Shown in pieces: positions 58,268 to 64,000 of a DNA stretch of 64,000 nucleotides (position 1 is the stretch's first letter; every line of letters starts with the position of its first letter). This DNA is from Pseudomonadota bacterium. GTDB lineage: Bacteria; Desulfobacterota; Desulfobacteria; Desulfobacterales; JBDRRP01. The notes beneath the pieces were generated by a model. It saw only the letters and a list, made by a program, of their open reading frames with translations. It did not search any database and had not been told where the DNA came from. The translations under genes and the position numbers were made by a program. The stretch is from assembly GCA_043825735.1 (NCBI GenBank), contig JBDRRP010000015.1:1-64000 (forward strand). Reading direction: 5' to 3'.

Positions 58268-60268
58268 TTATGATTTGACAGGCACTACCAAGGGGCTGGC
58301 GACGCTGCCACTATCGGAAGGGTCGCTCTCGAGGCCGTCAGCATCGACCGCCACAACGCGGTAGCGATATTGCGTCTCGGGCTTTAAATCCGCATCCGCC
58401 ATCCGGGTCTGATCGCCCGGGATTGTCGAATACTTCGACCAGGATCCCTGGTCTTTGCTGCGGTAGACAACGTACGCGGCGATATCCTTCTCAGGGTTGG
58501 GCTGCCACGAGACCACGATCTCGGTAGCCGCTGCATTAGCAGACAACCCCGCTACGGCCAGGGGCCGGGGTTTGGTGGTGGCCAGAATCGGCGGCGAGAT
58601 ACCGCCCAAGGCCTTGTACTGGTTGTAGCTTTCCACTGAATAGTAGTAGTCGGTGCCGTCGGCGAGACTCTTAAACCCGCTGCCTTTGTCCATATAGGTC
58701 GATTTGGTGTTGCCACGCACCGTGTCGATCCGCTCGAGACGCTGCGGTTGGGTGCCACGGTAAATGTTGTATCCACCGACGTCGGGATCGGCGATGGGCT
58801 GCCAGGACAATGCTACGCTCTTTACCATCCCGCTTTTACCGGCAACCCCTGCCGGCGGTTGGGGAAGATCCTTGGTCCTTGCAAGAATGACGTTGGACGG
58901 TGACGACTCGCCTTTGTCGTCAAAAGCGGTCACCTGATACCGATAGTCCCTGCCGTCTTCCAATCCGTTCTTATCCGTGTGACGCGCCTTGTCCTGACCG
59001 TTATTGGAGGTGATGCGCTCCCAGGACAGTCCGTCAAGGCTGCGGTAGATATGGTAGCCGGACACTTTTTCCACTGGCTGCCACCGGATCTGAATCTGTC
59101 GCAGCAGGCCGTCCTTTTCGAGTTCAAGGACCGGTTTGGCCAGCACGGTGATGGCAACCGCGTCAGAGAGATCACTTTCCTGCCCTTTCTTCTCGACGCT
59201 GCTGACGGCAAATTGGTATACGCGGCCGTCGGCCAGTGGACCGGCATCTTCCACCGTCATGGACAATTCGCTCTGGCTCTGCCGCTTGATATCCACCGTC
59301 ACGGCCACCTGCCAGTCCGTATCTCCGTCACTGCGCCGGTAGACCTTGTACCCGGTAATGGTAAATCCTTCCTGATCGTTCAATAATGAGGGGACCAGTT
59401 GGATACTCGCCCGCCGGACGTGGCCGCTGGAGGACATGATCAGGGGCGGATGCGGCATGCGCTCACCGGTAAAGGCGATCTTGGCGGTTATCTCGCTCTT
59501 GCGCTCACCACCGGCGTCTTCCAGAATTCCGACCTGATAGTAATAGGTCATTCCCTTGCGAACGTTTTCGTCAACAAAGCGCAGGTCCGTGGTCCCTCCG
59601 AGAAACTGGTACGGGCCCTGTGGGCTGCTGGAGCGATAGACGTGAAACCCGCTGGGTGTCAGATTGTCGTCATGGCTCCAGGCGACAATAATCTGGTTGC
59701 CCTCGCTCCTGGCCTTGACGGCGGTAAGGCTGATCCCCGCCATCGGCCCGGCCGCCTCGGCAACACTCACCTGCGAGACCGCGGCGCCCCCCCCGACGGC
59801 GCTGGCCAGTTCACTGGCGAAACCACCCATACGGGCCGCGATGGCTTCCCTGCCGGAAAAAGATTCCGCCCAGGAGCGGGCGATTTTCTGCTGACGGATA
59901 TCCATCAGGTGAAGATCGGCCTTAATGACCGGTCCGGTTTTGGTCACCTGACCATAGAGGATGTATTGAATGGCAAGCGCCTTGCCCGCATGGATGACCT
60001 GTTCGGGGATATCGCTTTGAACGAGCCCTTCCTGAAACAGGATCTCTTCCATCTTGCGGCGGGGCATGAGCTCGAGCCGCTTATCCTTTTCCAGGGCCGA
60101 TATCACCGAAAACAGGATATCCCCGCTGTAGGCCATGGCATCCATGTTGGTGGGGCGCAGATTGAATATGGCCAGTGCATTTTCTTTAGCAAACGCCGTG
60201 GTGGCGGTGATGGCGGCGATCACCACCGCCGCCATCATCACTTTCGTGCAGCCAATACCCTGCTTCAT
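58268..60268 (-). CDS. Secreted protein: CsgG/TolB-N-like domain plus about 5 fibronectin type III repeats
   Basis: Signal peptide; repeated W..GY.(V/I)YR...D...Y.Y.V.A....ES..S FN3 pattern. Confidence 0.85.
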   Translation of the reverse strand: MKQGIGCTKVMMAAVVIAAITATTAFAKENALAIFNLRPTNMDAMAYSGDILFSVISALEKDKRLELMPRRKMEEILFQEGLVQSDIPEQVIHAGKALAIQYILYGQVTKTGPVIKADLHLMDIRQQKIARSWAESFSGREAIAARMGGFASELASAVGGGAAVSQVSVAEAAGPMAGISLTAVKARSEGNQIIVAWSHDDNLTPSGFHVYRSSSPQGPYQFLGGTTDLRFVDENVRKGMTYYYQVGILEDAGGERKSEITAKIAFTGERMPHPPLIMSSSGHVRRASIQLVPSLLNDQEGFTITGYKVYRRSDGDTDWQVAVTVDIKRQSQSELSMTVEDAGPLADGRVYQFAVSSVEKKGQESDLSDAVAITVLAKPVLELEKDGLLRQIQIRWQPVEKVSGYHIYRSLDGLSWERITSNNGQDKARHTDKNGLEDGRDYRYQVTAFDDKGESSPSNVILARTKDLPQPPAGVAGKSGMVKSVALSWQPIADPDVGGYNIYRGTQPQRLERIDTVRGNTKSTYMDKGSGFKSLADGTDYYYSVESYNQYKALGGISPPILATTKPRPLAVAGLSANAAATEIVVSWQPNPEKDIAAYVVYRSKDQGSWSKYSTIPGDQTRMADADLKPETQYRYRVVAVDADGLESDPSDSGSVASPLVVPVKS

Positions 60269-60273
60269 CGACG

Positions 60274-62283
60274 TTACCCCTCGAGAGAGACCTGGTATTG
60301 CATAAAGATCTCATTCAGGTTTTCCATCGCCTTGGTGGACAACGGAGAGCCCTGGATGCGCTTGAGCTGTTCGTTGAACAGCGTATTGACGAACTGCTCG
60401 GCAGCGTTGAGGTTGTCACGCCGGCGAAGGAATTTATCACCCTCCCGGAAATAATTCTGCTCAAGATTCTGCAGGGGCCGCAGGGCCTCGAGGCCAAGTT
60501 CGGCGACCACTTCATCGGTGAGTTTCTGGAGCAGTTCCGTGTTTGTCGGGATCTCCAGGGGGTCGAACTTGACGCCCGCCTCGGCCAGACCAGCGCTGGA
60601 ATCATCTTCTACGACTTCCTTGCGCTCGACGGTCTTGACCTGAATGTTTTCCCCGGTGGTTACATCGACGATCCGGAACGAGAGCTGGATAAAGCCGATC
60701 TTCTTGTGCTGCTCGACCTGATAGTCCTTTTCCGTCAACACCGGCACGGTGATTTTTGCCTGCGGCGCCGCGGCGATCTGCTCATCCGAGGGCTTCGGGT
60801 TTTTGGCCAGCCAGTTGAGGTACTCGATATTGTCCTCGATCTTGGTGCCGGTCTGATAGCGTACCGTCTTGGTCCCCTTGGCAGAGGAGCTGTCCACTTT
60901 GAACAGCAGCACGCTGCCCATGATGGCCACATCGATGCCATAGACACGGCCCATTTCCTTGGCGGAATTGGAGGAAACCACGCCGATCTGTCCCAGTTTC
61001 ATTTCTTCAAGAATCGATTTGAGATTCTCACGCTCCAGAATCTTGATATCGCCGCTGGCGTTCTTGAACAGGTAGGTGATCAGGTTGTTGGCCACGATGA
61101 TTCCGGCATCGACGCTGTCGGAGGGGCTGTTGAAGTCAAAAACGGCGATCGACTTTCTGACCCGCTCCTTGATGCGGTCCTCCATGGCCTGGGTGAGATA
61201 GAAAATGTCAGGAAATGAAGGGCTGATGGCCCGAATCTTCTGAAACCAGAACCATGCCGCCCCAAAACGTTCCTGCTCCTGGAAACGGTTCGCTAGAAAG
61301 GCCGCGCGGGCTGTTAGATCCTGCCTCAGGCTGGAGATTTGATGGTCATCGGGGCTGCCCGCATACTTAAGTGCCAGGTGGTAGGTGTCGAACGCCTTTA
61401 GCAGCCACCCGGTGTCCATCTGCTGCCGGGAGTTCTGGATGTAAAACTGTCCGGCGCGCAGATTGACCTGTACGATAAGTTCCTGGAGCTTTTTGTCACT
61501 AGGGTCATAGGTCAGGGCCCGCTCATAGTAGCCTACCGCGTCGTCCCACTTCTTTTCCATGACCGACTTGCTGGCCCGCTTGACAAAGTAATCTTTATTG
61601 TTGCGCTCTTCTGCCGTTGCCAGCATCTTTCTGGCGTCGAGGTGATCGGCCTTTATGGCCAGCGCTTTCCGGAGCTCTTCGATGGCCGGCGCAAAGTCGT
61701 CCTTTTCAAAGTAGCCCTGGGCCGCCTCGTAATATACCTGGGAACCTTCGGTGACCACCTGGTTCATCAGCTTGAAGCTGTCCTCGTAATTGGGAAACTT
61801 GGCTTGAATCTGCTGGAGTGCAAAATAGGCTTTGACCCAGGCCTTTTCCTGGACGAGTTTGACGGTGGCGTCATAGAGAAACTTCACATCGGAAACGAGG
61901 TTCTTTTCCGTGGTTGCGAGCTTGCTGGAGAACTGCTGCACATCCGGGTCTGCGGGGTTGACCTCGCTGGCCATGTTCAACTTGGCCTTGGCTTTGTTGA
62001 TATGGGTCATTGTGATCTGGTCCTTAGGACCGAGGGCTTGATCCGCATCTGCCAAATACTGGGTCACCAGTTGTTTTTTCGCATTATCCAGGGCGTCCTG
62101 GTATTTTTTATTGCCCGGTTCTTTGGCCAGAGCCTGCTCCAGATAGGTAATGGCATCCTTGTATTTGCCGGCAGTGCTGAGTTGCATGCCGACGTCGAAC
62201 TGCTTTTGCCCTTCGGCGCACGCCGACACCATCACAACCAGCATAAAGCCCATTAAGACTCGAAAAATCGCCCTGCTTTTCAT
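60274..62283 (-). CDS. TPR lipoprotein with CsgG/HfaB-like domain
   Basis: Lipobox VSAC, TPR helices, IAVFDF..ILERENLKSILEEMKL..AKEMG..G.D..IMGSV..RIVDVTTGE. Confidence 0.85.
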   Translation of the reverse strand: MKSRAIFRVLMGFMLVVMVSACAEGQKQFDVGMQLSTAGKYKDAITYLEQALAKEPGNKKYQDALDNAKKQLVTQYLADADQALGPKDQITMTHINKAKAKLNMASEVNPADPDVQQFSSKLATTEKNLVSDVKFLYDATVKLVQEKAWVKAYFALQQIQAKFPNYEDSFKLMNQVVTEGSQVYYEAAQGYFEKDDFAPAIEELRKALAIKADHLDARKMLATAEERNNKDYFVKRASKSVMEKKWDDAVGYYERALTYDPSDKKLQELIVQVNLRAGQFYIQNSRQQMDTGWLLKAFDTYHLALKYAGSPDDHQISSLRQDLTARAAFLANRFQEQERFGAAWFWFQKIRAISPSFPDIFYLTQAMEDRIKERVRKSIAVFDFNSPSDSVDAGIIVANNLITYLFKNASGDIKILERENLKSILEEMKLGQIGVVSSNSAKEMGRVYGIDVAIMGSVLLFKVDSSSAKGTKTVRYQTGTKIEDNIEYLNWLAKNPKPSDEQIAAAPQAKITVPVLTEKDYQVEQHKKIGFIQLSFRIVDVTTGENIQVKTVERKEVVEDDSSAGLAEAGVKFDPLEIPTNTELLQKLTDEVVAELGLEALRPLQNLEQNYFREGDKFLRRRDNLNAAEQFVNTLFNEQLKRIQGSPLSTKAMENLNEIFMQYQVSLEG

Positions 62284-62455
62284 GTTCGCCCTCCAGAATG
62301 GTTGGATTCGATATCAATGACCCGTATTTTTCCGTCGACAGCCGATGGATCGAAAAATCGACCACCGGCGTCAACAGGATTGTCCCGCGAACCGCCCCCC
62401 CCTCACGCCCACCGGAGCGCCCGACCTCTCAGAGTGCGCTATCGGACTAATGGCC

Positions 62456-62484
62456 AGAATAAATTGTTGGCCGGAGGGTGTCAA
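62456..62484 (-). promoter_or_regulatory. Putative sigma70 promoter for the TPR-CsgG/FN3 operon
   Basis: Minus strand TTGACA-17 nt-TATTCT. Confidence 0.6.
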
Positions 62485-62603
62485 GAAACAACACACAAGT
62501 GATGAGGGCCGGTGTCTTGCCGGAGCCTCTGATGGCTGCAGGTTCCGGCCGCACCCCCGACAGGGCATCATTGTGAGGACACCGGCCGGCCGCCGCGAAC
62601 CGA

Positions 62604-62789
62604 TCACCCGTTGTCTTCCGCGGGGGGGGGCACCTCGCTGGTAGACCCACCCGTCACGGTATCGTGGACAGTGCGATAGACGGATTCAAAGGTATCGGCA
62701 AATCCAGTTGGCGATACCCGCCCGGTTTCTATGAACTTGACCACGATTTCTTTGGCTGTCCGGAGGATTTGCTCATCAACCGACTTCAT
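62604..62789 (-). CDS. Small hypothetical protein
   Basis: GGAG RBS; MKSVDEQILRTAKEIVVKFIETGRVSP..F..VYRTV amphipathic helices. Confidence 0.75.
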   Translation of the reverse strand: MKSVDEQILRTAKEIVVKFIETGRVSPTGFADTFESVYRTVHDTVTGGSTSEVPPPAEDNG

Positions 62790-62996
62790 TGGCCAGTCTC
62801 CGCAGGTTAAATGATTTTTCTAACAAAATTGGATCGTTAACAGTATTTTTGGCACCTGTCAATCCTTCATTGCCGCGCCCGCACGGTGCGATCATCCCGA
62901 GGGGTGACGTATTTGACATCGCGGGTATAATTCTCTATGAACGGAGCGTCTCAAAGTTTGTGTCGTGTCCCGATTCACTTCGAATGAGGACGTTCA

Positions 62997-63962
62997 ATGA
63001 CGAACCGTGTGCGCTCGCTGTTTCATCCTTGGATAATGACACCCTTGTATCTTGGGGTGATCATCGTAACAATGGCGGTGCTCACCACAGGTTGCGGCAT
63101 GTTTTCCGACAAGCGGGCCAACAGGCAGGTCATCAAAGCAACGCTGCCCGACTTTGATCGCGGCAAACTGACCAACACAGCGCTGTTCTTCCCTTATGAA
63201 AATGCCACTCAGCGCGTCGGCGGTATGAATCTGCAGGCGTTTCACCAGAAAATCGTCACCATCCTCAGAAATGACTGCAAGAAACTGAAACTGATTACCT
63301 CCGATGATCCAAAGGCCGCAGCGCTGATGGCGCGTCTGGCCGGCTTCCTGCGCGCTGGAGACAGTATCGGTTTTTCGGAAGCCGCACGGGCTTCAGGGAT
63401 TGCGGCCATGATCACCGGCCGGATCGCTGACGTGGCCACAGAAGAGCGCTCCTGGGGCATCTGGTGGTTCACCAGCAACAACTATTATTTGAACGTCCAG
63501 GTTGATACCAGTGTCTACGATGTGGAAACCGGCGCCAAGACCGTGGATGTTTCCCTGACCGAGGAGCTCAAGATCGACGGTCTTGAATACGATGCCATGA
63601 CCATGGGGCAAAGCAGTGATCTCACCGAAGTGGACAAGCTTCTCGACGAACTGGCAAAGGAATCGGCCCAGCGGGCGTGCCAGGCACTGAACAAACAGCC
63701 ATGGATCGGCTTCGTCACGGCCGTGGACAAGGACAGGGTGACCCTTGTGCCCGGATCCGCCGCCGGGCTTACCACCGGCATGAAACTTCACATCTATGGC
63801 AGCGGCACCCTTCTGGATGGCAACATGGGGCAACCCTATTTTGTGCCGGGTCTGCAAAGGGCCGCCATCGAGGTGGTCTCAGTGGAACCGGACCGGGCCT
63901 TTGCCCGCATCCTGAGCGGATCGATGGTGGCGCTGGGGGACTCTGTGCGGCGCTTGCGGTGA
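62997..63962 (+). CDS. Lipoprotein with CsgG/FlgT-like architecture
   Basis: Lipobox TTGC, ITGRI, VYDVETG, C-terminal G..AGL..GMKLHIY..IEVVSV (FlgT C-terminal-like). Confidence 0.72.
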   Translation: MTNRVRSLFHPWIMTPLYLGVIIVTMAVLTTGCGMFSDKRANRQVIKATLPDFDRGKLTNTALFFPYENATQRVGGMNLQAFHQKIVTILRNDCKKLKLITSDDPKAAALMARLAGFLRAGDSIGFSEAARASGIAAMITGRIADVATEERSWGIWWFTSNNYYLNVQVDTSVYDVETGAKTVDVSLTEELKIDGLEYDAMTMGQSSDLTEVDKLLDELAKESAQRACQALNKQPWIGFVTAVDKDRVTLVPGSAAGLTTGMKLHIYGSGTLLDGNMGQPYFVPGLQRAAIEVVSVEPDRAFARILSGSMVALGDSVRRLR

Positions 63963-64000
63963 TACCTGCCGGAAAATAAGCTCCAAACACCAAAACAACA

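Overview
GC-rich chromosomal window whose gene content (cooS/cooF, DUF3786, B12 radical SAM, HesB-like selenoprotein, CxxC...HxxC-tailed sensors) suggests an anaerobic Desulfobacterota/deltaproteobacterial genome (inference). It holds about 55 CDSs: housekeeping genes (ndk, trmJ-like, lysA, thiN), an FAD oxidoreductase-cooF-cooS CO-dehydrogenase operon, an Mla/Mce ABC operon, several regulators, an IS1380-family element in a low-GC patch, two pseudogenes and a CsgG/FN3 lipoprotein cluster. No rRNA, tRNA or CRISPR array was seen. The ORF track misses a HesB/IscA-like selenoprotein with an in-frame UGA (5379-5702). The most striking unexplained signal is intergenic. There is a dense family of inverted short-tandem-repeat arms with 6-, 7-, 8- and 9-nt periods. 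One octamer pair brackets a four-helix-bundle gene inserted inside the mla operon, and gene-less copies occur elsewhere. A 23-24 nt micro-element is inserted into repeat units at three sites. All calls are by eye from motifs; no database searches were run, and start codons are best guesses.
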